Below, one piece after another: positions 10,447 through 20,708 of a DNA stretch of 64,000 bases (within the stretch, counting starts at the first letter, position 1; every line of letters begins with the position of its first letter). This DNA is from a virus. Its lineage: Duplodnaviria > Caudoviricetes. The position numbers were made by a program, and so were the translations under genes. Under the pieces are notes generated by a model that saw only the letters and a list, made by a program, of their open reading frames with translations, was not told where the DNA came from and did not search any database. Location: positions 32,001 through 96,000 of IMG/VR virus record IMGVR_UViG_3300013121_000017; one strand, 5' to 3'.

Positions 10447-11220
10447 ATGAACATAATCCAACGTTGCAAGCACGGCCTGATGATCTACAATCACAAGGAC
10501 GTATGGCAGGGAAAGTCCTTCGACGTTTATGGCGAATACTCCGAAGAAGAAGTCCGTCTCTACACCAAGGTCTTGAAACCCGACGATACCGTCATCGAGG
10601 TGGGCGGAAACATTGGCTCACTCATGGTTCCGCTTGCACGGATTGTACACGCCGGAATCGTGATGACATTTGAACCGGAACGCACCGCCTTCTACGCCCT
10701 GGCCGGCAACATCGCCATCAACAACCTCCGCAATGTATTCTGCTACCAGCAGGCAATGAGCAGCACAACTGGCGTTCTAAACGTGCCTGAACTCGACCTT
10801 GTCAAGACCAACAATTTCGGCGGTCTGGAACTCGACAAAGACTACTCGAACTGCCCTCACTACCCGGTAGGTGTGAACACCATCGACAACCTCGGGGTCC
10901 AGAAGTGCGGACTGATCAAGATCGACGTAGAAGGAATGGAACTCGGCGTCTTGGAAGGAGCCGTCAACACCCTCGACAAGATGAGTCCACACCTCATCGT
11001 GGAAGATGACCGTGAAGAAAAGTCAGTAGCGTTGCGGGACTTCATCAGATCGAAAGGTTACAAGATGTACCTGCATTGCGCACCCTTCTTCAACCCAAAC
11101 AACTGGAAAGGCGTCAGCGAGAACGTTTTCGGGAATGTGATTTCGATGAACCTCTTTTGTCACAAGCGGGAGATTGATTTTGATCCGGTCGCTGACTTCG
11201 GAATGCAATTAGTTCCTTGA
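10447..11220 (+). CDS. FkbM-family methyltransferase
   Basis: YGEYSE, IEVGGNIG, FEP, LIKIDVEGMELGVLEGA. Confidence 0.88.
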   Translation: MNIIQRCKHGLMIYNHKDVWQGKSFDVYGEYSEEEVRLYTKVLKPDDTVIEVGGNIGSLMVPLARIVHAGIVMTFEPERTAFYALAGNIAINNLRNVFCYQQAMSSTTGVLNVPELDLVKTNNFGGLELDKDYSNCPHYPVGVNTIDNLGVQKCGLIKIDVEGMELGVLEGAVNTLDKMSPHLIVEDDREEKSVALRDFIRSKGYKMYLHCAPFFNPNNWKGVSENVFGNVISMNLFCHKREIDFDPVADFGMQLVP

Positions 11221-12562
11221 CAACCCGAGCCACAACCGGCTCCCACTCAAACAACCTCTCCTGTCGGAAGATACGCATCGAAGGATACCACTCACTTTTC
11301 TCCACGTTCAGCAACCAACGCCAGTCGTTCAACTTGTCAACCAGCAACCACGTCGTTTTGCCCATCGCTCCAGCCAAGTGTGCAATGGATGTGTCCACAG
11401 TGATGACCAAATCCATCTGATCGAGGTAGTACGCAGTGTCGCTGAAATCCCTGAAACAAGGACTGATGTCCAAGACAGGAATTTGGCCACAATCAGCAAG
11501 CAAATTCACCGTTTTGCCGCCCCAATTTCTCGATGCCGCAGCATCCTTTTGGAAAGAATACAGCTTCACGTCGGCATCGAATAATGGCTCGAACATCTTC
11601 AGACGAATGGATCTTCGGAAGTCGTTCGTGTGGCTGGCGTTGCCGGCCCAGCACAACCCCACCTTCAACTTCCCCGTGCTGTCCAGTACGTCAGGAACGT
11701 CTCGCCCAGGAGACTTGATGTACGGCTTGTTGGGGATCGCTTTTGTGCCAGCATCAAACAGCCCAGGAAGGCTACAGATTGAAACTGCGTAATCCACACC
11801 CTCTGGGATCGGCCAAACCTCATCCTCTCTGGCAACGACACCTGAGAGGTTGAAGTTCTTGGCAAGAAGATCTGCTATCGACTTTTGGGATTCAAGAATG
11901 ATCTTGGCTCCCGTGCTGCTCTTCAGCTTCGGTAAGTACCTTGAGAATTGAATCAGGTCGCCTACGCCCTGCTCGTTGTAGACGTAGATCGTCTTGCCCT
12001 TGGTTTTGTCGCCGCGTTTGTAGTGGACAGGGAAGCGGTCGTGGATCATCTTGATCTTCTCGAAGGCGGCAAACCGCGTCTCATAAGCTTCCCAGCCTTC
12101 TTGCCACCGGCCCAGCGTCAGGTACGACGAAGCAATGTTGTATGCTGCAAGATTGTAGCCCGACGCGAACGCGGAGTTGGCATTCTTGTAAGCAGCGATA
12201 GCCCCCTCATGGTCCTCCATGTTGCTGAGGATTACGCCGAGGTTGTAGTACGTCTCGTAGGAATGTCCGTCCAGTGAAAGGGCGGTCATCGCTGCCCTTT
12301 TTGCCTCTTCAAATTTGAAGCCCAGATTCAAAACATGGGCAAGATTGACGTAGAACGCCCAACTTGCCGGATTCACCTTGATCGCGGTACGCAGGTATGA
12401 CTCTGCCTTGCGTAGATCGGCACAGTTATCACCCCAAATCAGGGCCAGTTGAACCAAGGCCCAAGAGATAGTTTGCTCCAGAGCATAAATAGCTTCGGAG
12501 GTTCTGCCGCTACCCGTGAGTGACCTGACCTCGGTGGTGATGTTTTGCAAAAACCGATCCAT
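11114..12562 (-). CDS. TPR-repeat protein with C-terminal GT9-like glycosyltransferase
   Basis: TPR-like helices; EQGVGDLIQFSRY, VGLCWAGN, DLVITVDTSIAHLAGAMG, DWRW, WYPSMRIFRQ. Confidence 0.85.
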   Translation of the reverse strand: MDRFLQNITTEVRSLTGSGRTSEAIYALEQTISWALVQLALIWGDNCADLRKAESYLRTAIKVNPASWAFYVNLAHVLNLGFKFEEAKRAAMTALSLDGHSYETYYNLGVILSNMEDHEGAIAAYKNANSAFASGYNLAAYNIASSYLTLGRWQEGWEAYETRFAAFEKIKMIHDRFPVHYKRGDKTKGKTIYVYNEQGVGDLIQFSRYLPKLKSSTGAKIILESQKSIADLLAKNFNLSGVVAREDEVWPIPEGVDYAVSICSLPGLFDAGTKAIPNKPYIKSPGRDVPDVLDSTGKLKVGLCWAGNASHTNDFRRSIRLKMFEPLFDADVKLYSFQKDAAASRNWGGKTVNLLADCGQIPVLDISPCFRDFSDTAYYLDQMDLVITVDTSIAHLAGAMGKTTWLLVDKLNDWRWLLNVEKSEWYPSMRIFRQERLFEWEPVVARVVKELIAFRSQRPDQNQSPACDKRGSSKSHSRKRSR

Positions 12563-12590
12563 AGCGGTACATAAGTGTCGAAGGAGAAAA

Positions 12591-12830
12591 ATGAGCGACC
12601 TGTTCTCGAAAAGCCGAAACCTGATCATCAAGCGACACGAACACGCCAAGCTTGTGGCGCTCGCCAACATACAAGCTCGGGAGATCAGAATCATCGAGGT
12701 CGAAGAAGAAATTCAACGAAACAAAGAAGACATCGAGGCCCAGAAAAAGGTCATCGAAGAAGCAGACAAGAACATCAAGCAGCAGAAGGAAGAAATCGCT
12801 GCTGAGGCGAAAAAGAACGAAAGCAAGTAA
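12591..12830 (+). CDS. small coiled-coil protein (possible fibre chaperone)
   Basis: TACATA plus AAGGAG upstream; E/K heptads. Confidence 0.6.
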   Translation: MSDLFSKSRNLIIKRHEHAKLVALANIQAREIRIIEVEEEIQRNKEDIEAQKKVIEEADKNIKQQKEEIAAEAKKNESK

Positions 12831-12863
12831 GCGGCAACACAAGCCTAGCAATCAAGGAGAACA

Positions 12864-14291
12864 ATGGCAGACATCCAAACACAGTTGCCGATCAAAATCA
12901 CTGACGGCTCAAACACAGCAGCCATCAGCGGTGCTTCAGCGTTGAAGGTCGATGGTAGTGCTGTAACTCAACCAGTCAGCGGTACGGTTACGTTGTCTTC
13001 GCAGACCGTCACCCTGTCCTCGAACACAGTGACATTATCGTCTCAGACGGTGACGACCACCGCCGATCAAACAGTTGCTCCCGGCACAGTCGGTTCCAAA
13101 TCGTTGCTCGTCGGCATGGTGTACAACACAGCCGCGCCAACCCCGACAAACGGCCAAGGCTTGGCCCTCCAGTCTGACTCCGCAGGTAACCTGAAGGTCG
13201 CCGGTAACCTTACAACGACGCCGTCTGGTACTCAGGCCGTCTCCTACGGTTCTGGCACATTCCCTGTTTCCGGCACAGTGACTCTGTCGTCTCAGACCGT
13301 CACCTTGTCTTCTCAGACCGTCACGGCAGTTCAATCTGGTACATGGACCGTAGCCACAAACGCTGATACGAACCTCGCCGCCGGCACTGCACCGTCGAAG
13401 GCGTTGGTAACCGCCATTCAGTACAACTCGACGCAGCCCACGTTGACAACCGGCCAAACAGTTGCACAACAGTCGGATGTGAACGGCAACACCAAGGTCG
13501 CCGTTCAAGGAACGGCTGCCGTCACCGGCACAGTGACACTGTCTTCGCAGACCGTCACCCTGTCATCGAACACAGTGACATTGTCGTCTCAGACAGTGAC
13601 GACCAATGCCGAGTCTTCCATCGGTGCTGGCGCGGCCCCGACCCGCGCCCTCGTTGGTGCTGTAGTTTACAACACAGCCGCGCCAACACTTACAAACGGC
13701 CAGACAGCCGCTTTGCAAGGCGATGTAAACGCCAACCTCAAAGTTGTACTTCAGGGTACTTCAACAGTAACCAGTGTGCCATCCGGTACACAAACAGTAA
13801 CAGGCACGGTGACGCTTTCGTCTCAGACTGTAACACTGTCGTCTCAGACTGTCACGCTTTCGTCTCAGACTGTCACAGTTGGCAACTCGCCGACCGTCAC
13901 CATCGGAGCGACATCGGTAACACAGCCAGTATCGGGTTCTGTCACGGTTGTGCCAGAAACCTCACAAATTGTGACTTCTGCCGGGACCGCGACAACTATC
14001 GCGTCGGCATCTACTGGAACAATCTCATACACGGTAACGACTGCCAAGACGCTCTATTGGAAGGGATTCACGGCTGCTGCTTCGGGCGGTCCTTGCAAAG
14101 TCACAGTAGATTACGGTGCTGGACCGACACAGGTGTTGGTCGGATTCTTCTCGTCCGCCTCGCCGTTCTTGAACGTGACATTCCCACAGCCAATCTTGGT
14201 TGCGGCTACAACCGTGGTCAACATCAAGATTCAGAACAATGCTGGTTCGGCCCAGGACGTGTACGCGACAATCTTTGGCGCAGAACACTAA
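12864..14291 (+). CDS. Ser/Thr-rich repetitive virion fibre/spike protein
   Basis: Many VTLSSQT heptad repeats; three YNT/STxPTxTxGQ..xQxDxxGN-like units; AAGGAG SD. Confidence 0.7.
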   Translation: MADIQTQLPIKITDGSNTAAISGASALKVDGSAVTQPVSGTVTLSSQTVTLSSNTVTLSSQTVTTTADQTVAPGTVGSKSLLVGMVYNTAAPTPTNGQGLALQSDSAGNLKVAGNLTTTPSGTQAVSYGSGTFPVSGTVTLSSQTVTLSSQTVTAVQSGTWTVATNADTNLAAGTAPSKALVTAIQYNSTQPTLTTGQTVAQQSDVNGNTKVAVQGTAAVTGTVTLSSQTVTLSSNTVTLSSQTVTTNAESSIGAGAAPTRALVGAVVYNTAAPTLTNGQTAALQGDVNANLKVVLQGTSTVTSVPSGTQTVTGTVTLSSQTVTLSSQTVTLSSQTVTVGNSPTVTIGATSVTQPVSGSVTVVPETSQIVTSAGTATTIASASTGTISYTVTTAKTLYWKGFTAAASGGPCKVTVDYGAGPTQVLVGFFSSASPFLNVTFPQPILVAATTVVNIKIQNNAGSAQDVYATIFGAEH

Positions 14292-14316
14292 TAGTTAGTG
14301 GATCTGAAAGGATGTC

Positions 14317-14805
14317 ATGGGCGACCTAACTCGAATTGACCAAGCTCAAGCCATCGAAATCACCGATGGCGTGTCGCAGACAGCCACCATTGCAACAGGC
14401 TTGCCGGGTGGCTCGGTTGCGGGCCTTGTCGTGCGCGAAGCGGCTCAAGGCCAACAGACTGCGGCCAACAGCCGTCCCGTTGTAATCGCATCTGATCAGT
14501 CAGACATCAACGTTGACATCAATGGTACGGCAATTACTTCCGCTACCTGCACCAACGTCACCGCATCCAACGTAACCAGCACTCAACTATTGGCGTCGAA
14601 CACGTCACGTCGCATGGCGATGTTTCACAACGACAGCAGTACCAACAGTGTGTGGATCAAGTTTGGCACGACGGCATCTGCGACCAGTTTCACCGTCGAA
14701 CTGCAACCACACGCTCTGTTTGAACTGCCGGTCCCCGTCTACTGTGGTGCGATTGAAGCACTCGGAAATGGCGCGACCGTGACAGTTAGAGTAACGGAGA
14801 TGTAA
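14317..14805 (+). CDS. putative virion structural protein
   Basis: In the fibre operon; NSRPVVIASDQ and LLASNTSRR motifs typical of phage decoration/fibre proteins. Confidence 0.55.
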   Translation: MGDLTRIDQAQAIEITDGVSQTATIATGLPGGSVAGLVVREAAQGQQTAANSRPVVIASDQSDINVDINGTAITSATCTNVTASNVTSTQLLASNTSRRMAMFHNDSSTNSVWIKFGTTASATSFTVELQPHALFELPVPVYCGAIEALGNGATVTVRVTEM

Positions 14806-14808
14806 TCA

Positions 14809-17800
14809 ATGCCAGTATTCAATCCGCCGCTGTTTGAACAAATCGGCGGCAATACTACCGGAACAACTGCTCTCATCCAGTCGGGTACACTCACGCTCGC
14901 TGGCGGCAACAACATCACGCTGTCACAGGCTTCTGGAAACGCCATAACCATCATTGGCGGTGGCGGCGGGATCGGCTACAGTGGCCCACAAGGCAACTCA
15001 GCCGGTATTGCTCAGACTATGACTTCTGGTACGCTCGTACTGGCCGGCGGCAACAACATCACGCTGTCACAGACCACAGACGGCAACGGTGTTACCCTTT
15101 CGGTCGTCGCTGGAGACTACGTCCAGGGTTTCGGTGTGTCTACGGATGGCAACACAGCGGGCTTTACCGGAACATTCAGCACAGGCAACTTGATTTTAGT
15201 CGGTGGCAACAACATCACGTTGTCCCAGGGCGCACCATACATCACCATCAACGGTCCTTCGGCTGATGGCGGAATCTACTACGGCGGCATCGCAGGCAAC
15301 ACAGTCGGTGATGCTGGAACCATGAGTGTCGGTTCGCTGGTACTAGCCGGCGGCGGAAACTACATCACGCTGTCGCAAATTACAGGCACAAACGGACACA
15401 CCGTCTCGATCTTGGGCGCAACTCACCCGTCGCTGGTTTTCTACAATATCGGCGGCAACACGGACGGCGATGTTGGAACCTTGGATAACGGCTCGTTGCA
15501 ACTTGTAGGAGCAGGCGACATTACATTGTCTCAGGGAACGGGCGTAAGCGGCATCACCCTCACAATCTCGTCACCTGTCCAGACTGTGCAGACGCAGAAC
15601 ATGATCGCGGCAAGCCTGAGCGGCAACACGGCTGGCGTGTTGGCTCTGGTTTCGAGCGGCACGTTGATCTTGGCTGGCGGGAACAACATCACCCTGAGCC
15701 AAAACGGTCAAAGCGTCACAATCTCTGGCGGGGCAGGCGGTGCTGGACTAAGTGCTGGCGTGTCCAATGCAGGCAATACTGTTGGAGACACTGGTGTAAT
15801 ATCGACTGGCAACTTGGTGTTCGCTGGCGGCAACAACATTACGTTATCACAGGTAACGGACACTGCCGGCGCGACAATCACGGTTTCGGCCTTCAACCAG
15901 ACATTGCAGACCAGCAACGTCCACAACGTCACCTTGAGCGGTAACACCGCCGGTGTGATGGCACAGGTTTCCAGCGGTACGCTGACCCTGGCTGGTGGTA
16001 ACAACATCACGTTGAGCCAAAACGGCAACGCCGTTACGATCTCGGGCGCGAACATCACCCAGTCAACGCAAACCCAGAACCTGCACAACGTCACCTTGAG
16101 CGGTAACACCGCCGGTGTCATGGCACAGGTTTCTTCTGGAACGCTGACCCTGGCTGGTGGTAACAACATTACGTTGAGCCAGAACGGCAACGCTGTCACC
16201 ATCTCGGGTCCGAACACGGTTGCAGGTGTAGCGGGTGGTATCTCGAACCTGGGCAATACAGCGGGTACGAGCAGTACGTTCAGCACAGGCACGATTGTGT
16301 TCGCTGGTGGCAACAACGTCACGCTCTCTGAGGCGACGGGTGCTGGTGGTGCGACGATCACGATCTCAGCCTTCAACCAGACAACGCAGACACAGAACCT
16401 ACACAACGTCACCCTGAGCGGCAACACCGCTGGTGTGATGGCCCAGGTTTCAAGCGGTACGCTGACGCTGGCTGGTGGTAACAACATTACCCTGAGCCAG
16501 AACGGTAATGCCGTTACGATCTCTGCCTTCAACCAGACGACGCAGACGCAAAACCTGCACAACGTCACCTTGAGCGGTAATACCGCTGGCGTAATGGCAC
16601 AGGTGTCGAGCGGCACGCTGACGCTGGCTGGTGGTAACAACATTACCCTGAGCCAGAACGGTAATGCCGTTACGATCTCGGGCGTCAACACCGTAGCACA
16701 GACGACCCAAACACAGAACCTGCACAACCTGACACTGGCCGGCAACTCGACTTCGGCAGGTGCTGGTTACATTCAGGTTTCGAGCGGAACACTGACGCTG
16801 GCTGGTGGAAACAACATCACGCTGTCGCAGAACGGCAACGCGATCACCATCTCTGCTGGTGCGGGTGCTGGCGGCGTAAACGTCGGTGTATCCACCGTAG
16901 GCAACACGGCTGGAAGCACTGGCGTGTACGGCACAGGAAACGTGGTCCTGGCCGGCGGCAACAACGTCACGCTGTCGCAATCGACAAATGCCGGTGGTGC
17001 TACGATCACCGTTTCGGCTGGTGCGGGCGGCGGCGGCATCGCGGCCAGTATCGGCGGCGGCAACAGCACGTCGGCTGGTGCGGGTTACTCGAACATCACC
17101 AGCGGCACGCTGTTTCTGGCTGGTGGTAACAACATTACCCTGAGCCAGAATGGGGCGTCTATCACGATCAGCAGCCCTAACCATATTTCCGGTTCGCTAT
17201 GGCCGTCGCCGCTGCCAGTCAGCACGTCTGCATCGACCTACGGTAGCGGTAGCACGTCGGCTGGTGCGGGTGGTAACTCAACACAGAGCGGCTACACGTT
17301 CACTCTGTATGCCCAGCCGGTGATGATCCCGACCCCGATTGTCTTCTCCAAACTTCAGGCCGTCATTTCCAACAACACGTCTGCTGGAACTGGTTCTGCT
17401 ACGCAGATGTGGTCGTTCGGTCTGTACACACTCAACGGTGCGAACCTGTCGCTGGTGCAAGATTTTTACGGCGGTGTTGTTGTCTCGCAGAACTCGCAGA
17501 CAAGCGTCATCTACAGCGTGTTTACGTTCAGTACAGCCGGCCAATCGTCGGACGCCCGTGGCTGGGCCGGCATTACCGGATCGGCTGGCAGCATCGCCAG
17601 TGCAAACGGCGTGACGATTAGCTCGGTAGCAGGCGCATATGCGGCAAGGATCGTTGAACTCGATGACGCGGGCCAGAACATCACGCTGTCGGGTGGAAAT
17701 TACTGGCTGGTCAAGGGCTTCTACCAGCTTACGTCTAATGCGAACGTTCTTAGCCATGTCGGGTGGGTGCAACAGGCCCAACTATCTGCGACACACCTAT

Positions 17801-17991
17801 TCGAAATGGGTGCTGCAACGAACGTAACCAATGCTTCGTTGTATGGCTGGGGTGCTGCTTCCACAACGTTTACCTCGGTCAGCAACGCGGCGACGTTCTT
17901 CCCGCTGCCGAGTTCGCTGCCCATCGCCAACCTGTCTACCCAGTCAACTTCGGCCTTTAGGTCGAACTACTGGATGCTGAGAGGCGTGTGA
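14809..17991 (+). CDS. large repeat fibre/adhesin-like protein
   Basis: About 15 copies of GxLxLAGGNNITLSQ; G/S/T/N-rich; distinct C-terminal domain. Confidence 0.75.
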   Translation: MPVFNPPLFEQIGGNTTGTTALIQSGTLTLAGGNNITLSQASGNAITIIGGGGGIGYSGPQGNSAGIAQTMTSGTLVLAGGNNITLSQTTDGNGVTLSVVAGDYVQGFGVSTDGNTAGFTGTFSTGNLILVGGNNITLSQGAPYITINGPSADGGIYYGGIAGNTVGDAGTMSVGSLVLAGGGNYITLSQITGTNGHTVSILGATHPSLVFYNIGGNTDGDVGTLDNGSLQLVGAGDITLSQGTGVSGITLTISSPVQTVQTQNMIAASLSGNTAGVLALVSSGTLILAGGNNITLSQNGQSVTISGGAGGAGLSAGVSNAGNTVGDTGVISTGNLVFAGGNNITLSQVTDTAGATITVSAFNQTLQTSNVHNVTLSGNTAGVMAQVSSGTLTLAGGNNITLSQNGNAVTISGANITQSTQTQNLHNVTLSGNTAGVMAQVSSGTLTLAGGNNITLSQNGNAVTISGPNTVAGVAGGISNLGNTAGTSSTFSTGTIVFAGGNNVTLSEATGAGGATITISAFNQTTQTQNLHNVTLSGNTAGVMAQVSSGTLTLAGGNNITLSQNGNAVTISAFNQTTQTQNLHNVTLSGNTAGVMAQVSSGTLTLAGGNNITLSQNGNAVTISGVNTVAQTTQTQNLHNLTLAGNSTSAGAGYIQVSSGTLTLAGGNNITLSQNGNAITISAGAGAGGVNVGVSTVGNTAGSTGVYGTGNVVLAGGNNVTLSQSTNAGGATITVSAGAGGGGIAASIGGGNSTSAGAGYSNITSGTLFLAGGNNITLSQNGASITISSPNHISGSLWPSPLPVSTSASTYGSGSTSAGAGGNSTQSGYTFTLYAQPVMIPTPIVFSKLQAVISNNTSAGTGSATQMWSFGLYTLNGANLSLVQDFYGGVVVSQNSQTSVIYSVFTFSTAGQSSDARGWAGITGSAGSIASANGVTISSVAGAYAARIVELDDAGQNITLSGGNYWLVKGFYQLTSNANVLSHVGWVQQAQLSATHLFEMGAATNVTNASLYGWGAASTTFTSVSNAATFFPLPSSLPIANLSTQSTSAFRSNYWMLRGV
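15900..16860 (+). repeat. near-identical intragenic repeat units (about 45-50 codons)
   Basis: Repeated NLHNVTLSGNTAGVMAQVSSGTLTLAGGNNITLSQNGNAVTIS. Confidence 0.85.
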
Positions 17992-18022
17992 TTCTTCTGA
18001 GCCATCAGACTATAATGATGGC

Positions 18023-18739
18023 ATGAAACCACAAATCGTATTCCAAGATACCGCTGGTGTTCACAATTCTGGGGACGCCAGCGGTAGACTGATGAAGGGC
18101 AACACCTACAAGGACGTTTCCACCGTATGTGTTGTGCCGACCAGGGGTATGATTCCCGCCAAAGTCGTGCAAAGCTGGATGGGCATGATGACGCCCATGA
18201 ACCAGAAGTTCTTCCGCATTTTCGCAATCAACATGGAAGTTGGGGAAGCGTACAACCACACCATCGAGAACATCGTCAACCACCCCGAACTCGGCAAGTG
18301 GAAGTACATTTTGACGCTCGAAGAAGACAACCTGCCGCCGCCGGACGGTCTGTTGAAGCTCTACGAAGGCATGAAGGAATTCGATGTGATCGGTGGTCTG
18401 TACTGGACAAAGGGCGAAGGCGGGCAGCCAATGATCTACGGCGACCCCAAGTCAATCCCTCTCAACTTCATTCCCCAGGTTCCAAGGCCGGATACAATTC
18501 AGGCGTGCTGTGGACTCGGCATGGGTTTCACTCTGTTCAAGATGTCAGTCTTCAAGGAAGGCAAGATCGAGAAACCCTGGTTCAAAACATGTCAGGATTT
18601 TGTTCCTGGCGTGGGAGCAAGAGCATACACTCAGGATTTGTTCTTCTTTGAGAAGGCTCACAGGCAGGGATACAAGATGGCCTGTGATACCCGCGTCAAG
18701 GTCGGACACTACGACGTTGGCGCGGATATTGTTTGGTAG
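18023..18739 (+). CDS. GT-A fold glycosyltransferase-like protein
   Basis: VVPTRG, YILTLEEDN, DVIGGLY, GLGMGFTL, TQDLFF, DTRVKVGH. Confidence 0.7.
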   Translation: MKPQIVFQDTAGVHNSGDASGRLMKGNTYKDVSTVCVVPTRGMIPAKVVQSWMGMMTPMNQKFFRIFAINMEVGEAYNHTIENIVNHPELGKWKYILTLEEDNLPPPDGLLKLYEGMKEFDVIGGLYWTKGEGGQPMIYGDPKSIPLNFIPQVPRPDTIQACCGLGMGFTLFKMSVFKEGKIEKPWFKTCQDFVPGVGARAYTQDLFFFEKAHRQGYKMACDTRVKVGHYDVGADIVW

Positions 18740-18766
18740 CCTGATAGTAGCCCACTATAATTGGGC

Positions 18767-19222
18767 ATGAGCAAGACACCAATCAATGACGGACTCACGA
18801 AGTACGAGAGATACCGTCTCAAAGACGTAGAAGCCTACCGGGCGAAGAAACGCGACCACGCCAAGACTGACGAACAGCGACGGAAACGCTGCGAGTACAT
18901 GAGAGCTTGGAGGGAGAAGAACAGGGCAAGGCACAATGAACTGGCACGGGAAAGCCACGCCAGGAACAAGCACAAGCACGTTGAAAAGAAGCGTGCGCAT
19001 CACTTCATGACGACGTATGGCTTGACGCTCGAAGAGCGTGACGCCTTGATTAAGTCTCAGGATGGGAAGTGCAAGATCTGCCAGGAAATCAAGCCGCTTC
19101 ACTGTGACCACGATCACACAACCGGCGAGTTCAGAGGCATGATCTGCATGACATGCAACACTCATCTAGGATGGTACGAGAAGGTCGGAAAACAAGCCAT
19201 CGAAGATTACCTGAAAGGGTGA
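18767..19222 (+). CDS. recombination endonuclease VII-family (homing-type) endonuclease
   Basis: YGLT...QDGKCKIC...LHCDHDHTTGEFRGMICMTCN. Confidence 0.85.
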   Translation: MSKTPINDGLTKYERYRLKDVEAYRAKKRDHAKTDEQRRKRCEYMRAWREKNRARHNELARESHARNKHKHVEKKRAHHFMTTYGLTLEERDALIKSQDGKCKICQEIKPLHCDHDHTTGEFRGMICMTCNTHLGWYEKVGKQAIEDYLKG

Positions 19223-19233
19223 AAGGAAACGAA

Positions 19234-19818
19234 ATGGGAAAGAAAAACAAGATCCAGCCTGTTCCTCCAATGGTCCCCGCTCCTACTGCGACCCCGGCGG
19301 AAGCCGCTCCTGTCGTGGTCAAGCTGGACATTGCCTGTGGTCAGAACAAACAGCCAGGATTCGTCGGCATAGACATCGCACCTTGCGAGGGCGTGGATAT
19401 TGTCCACGACCTTAACGTCTACCCCTGGCCAGTCCAAGACAACTCGGTAGACGAGGCGTTCTGTTCCCACTTTGTCGAACACGTCGGCTGTCTTATGAAG
19501 TTCATGGATGAGTGTTACCGGATCATGAAACCGGGTGCAAAACTGACGGTCATTGCACCGTACTACACGTCCATGCGGTGCTGGCAAGACCCGACGCACG
19601 TCCGCGCCATCTCCGAGGCCAGCTTCCTGTATTACAACAAGGACTGGCGGAAGGTCAACAGGCTGGATCACTACCCCATCACCTGCGACTTCGACTTCAC
19701 CTACGGCTACGTCCTGACCCCGGACTGGGCCAACCGCTCCGAAGAGGCTCGAAACTTCGCAATTCGCCACTACTGGAACGTGATCAGCGACATTCAGGTC
19801 ACACTCACCAAGAAGTAA
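19234..19818 (+). CDS. class I SAM methyltransferase (type 11-like)
   Basis: LDIACG, DIVHDL, HFVEH, RIMKPGA, DPTHV; paralog of the C-terminal domain of 2129-3388. Confidence 0.85.
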   Translation: MGKKNKIQPVPPMVPAPTATPAEAAPVVVKLDIACGQNKQPGFVGIDIAPCEGVDIVHDLNVYPWPVQDNSVDEAFCSHFVEHVGCLMKFMDECYRIMKPGAKLTVIAPYYTSMRCWQDPTHVRAISEASFLYYNKDWRKVNRLDHYPITCDFDFTYGYVLTPDWANRSEEARNFAIRHYWNVISDIQVTLTKK

Positions 19819-19841
19819 CGGCCAGCAGCGGTAAATAAGGC

Positions 19842-20321
19842 ATGCTGTACTGGTATGCCTTGCAAAATCTGAACATGGGAACCTACACGCTGCACGCCGA
19901 GGGCAGCGGTGGGTTCACCATCGGCGGCATTGCGGCTGTTGTTGTCATAATCAACAGAGAAAAGCCCAAGAAGACCGTCGTCGTCTACTCTTCGCCAAAG
20001 GTTCGCGAAGAGATGCTGGCCCTGGCCGGCGAATACATGGATCGGCTATCTCATCTGGATGGCTTGACACCGCTGCCCGATCCGCCAAAGGGTGTTGTCG
20101 TTATTGAACGACATTCTCCAGCCAACGAATCCCTCAATACAGCTATCCAAAAAGCAACCGCACAACTGTCGCGGCTAAATAGCATGACGCCGCTACCCAA
20201 CCCGCCAAAGGGTGTCATTATTGTCCAGAAGGATGTTCACGGCAATGAAGCCGAGATCAATGACGCTATCCTCAAGGCCAAAAGCAAGCTGTCGCGGCTC
20301 GCAGTAATCTCGGAGGGATAA
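19842..20321 (+). CDS. hypothetical protein with internal duplication
   Basis: LSHLDGLTPLPDPPKGVVVI / LSRLNSMTPLPNPPKGVIIV; TAAATA 4 nt upstream. Confidence 0.6.
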   Translation: MLYWYALQNLNMGTYTLHAEGSGGFTIGGIAAVVVIINREKPKKTVVVYSSPKVREEMLALAGEYMDRLSHLDGLTPLPDPPKGVVVIERHSPANESLNTAIQKATAQLSRLNSMTPLPNPPKGVIIVQKDVHGNEAEINDAILKAKSKLSRLAVISEG

Positions 20322-20638
20322 TGAGTATCAAAATCGGCGGCTGTGCTGCTTTCAAAATCATCAAGAAATACGAATACGACTTCGCCGAAGGGTCAGTCGT
20401 ATACTTCATTCCCAAGGCAAAGAAGGGGATTCTGGAGCCGCACGCCATCAAGGAAGCGATGATGAAGTTCATCAATGGTAACGACATGTCGCCTATTTTT
20501 CTGTACAAGGACTCATTCAACGCCTACTTCAACGGCAATGAGCTTTGCAGTCAAGCAGACGCCATCGCCTACGCCAAAGCGTTCTACGAGGGGCAGATTG
20601 CAACCCTGGAAAACGCGCTGAGAAATACTTGTCCGTAA
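20321..20638 (+). CDS. hypothetical protein
   Basis: GGAGG SD; TAATG coupling to the previous gene. Confidence 0.65.
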   Translation: MSIKIGGCAAFKIIKKYEYDFAEGSVVYFIPKAKKGILEPHAIKEAMMKFINGNDMSPIFLYKDSFNAYFNGNELCSQADAIAYAKAFYEGQIATLENALRNTCP

Positions 20639-20708
20639 GTCTGCAAGGTTTCAGAGACAGCTATTCGGCTATCGTGTATGTGTATCGCCCCCCCCAAATT
20701 GGAGGACT

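Noticed and set aside
15900-16860. Repeats as a possible CRISPR array or DGR template/variable pair
   Set aside because: In-frame coding repeats with mostly synonymous differences; no unique spacers, no adenine-specific variation, and no cas or reverse transcriptase gene seen
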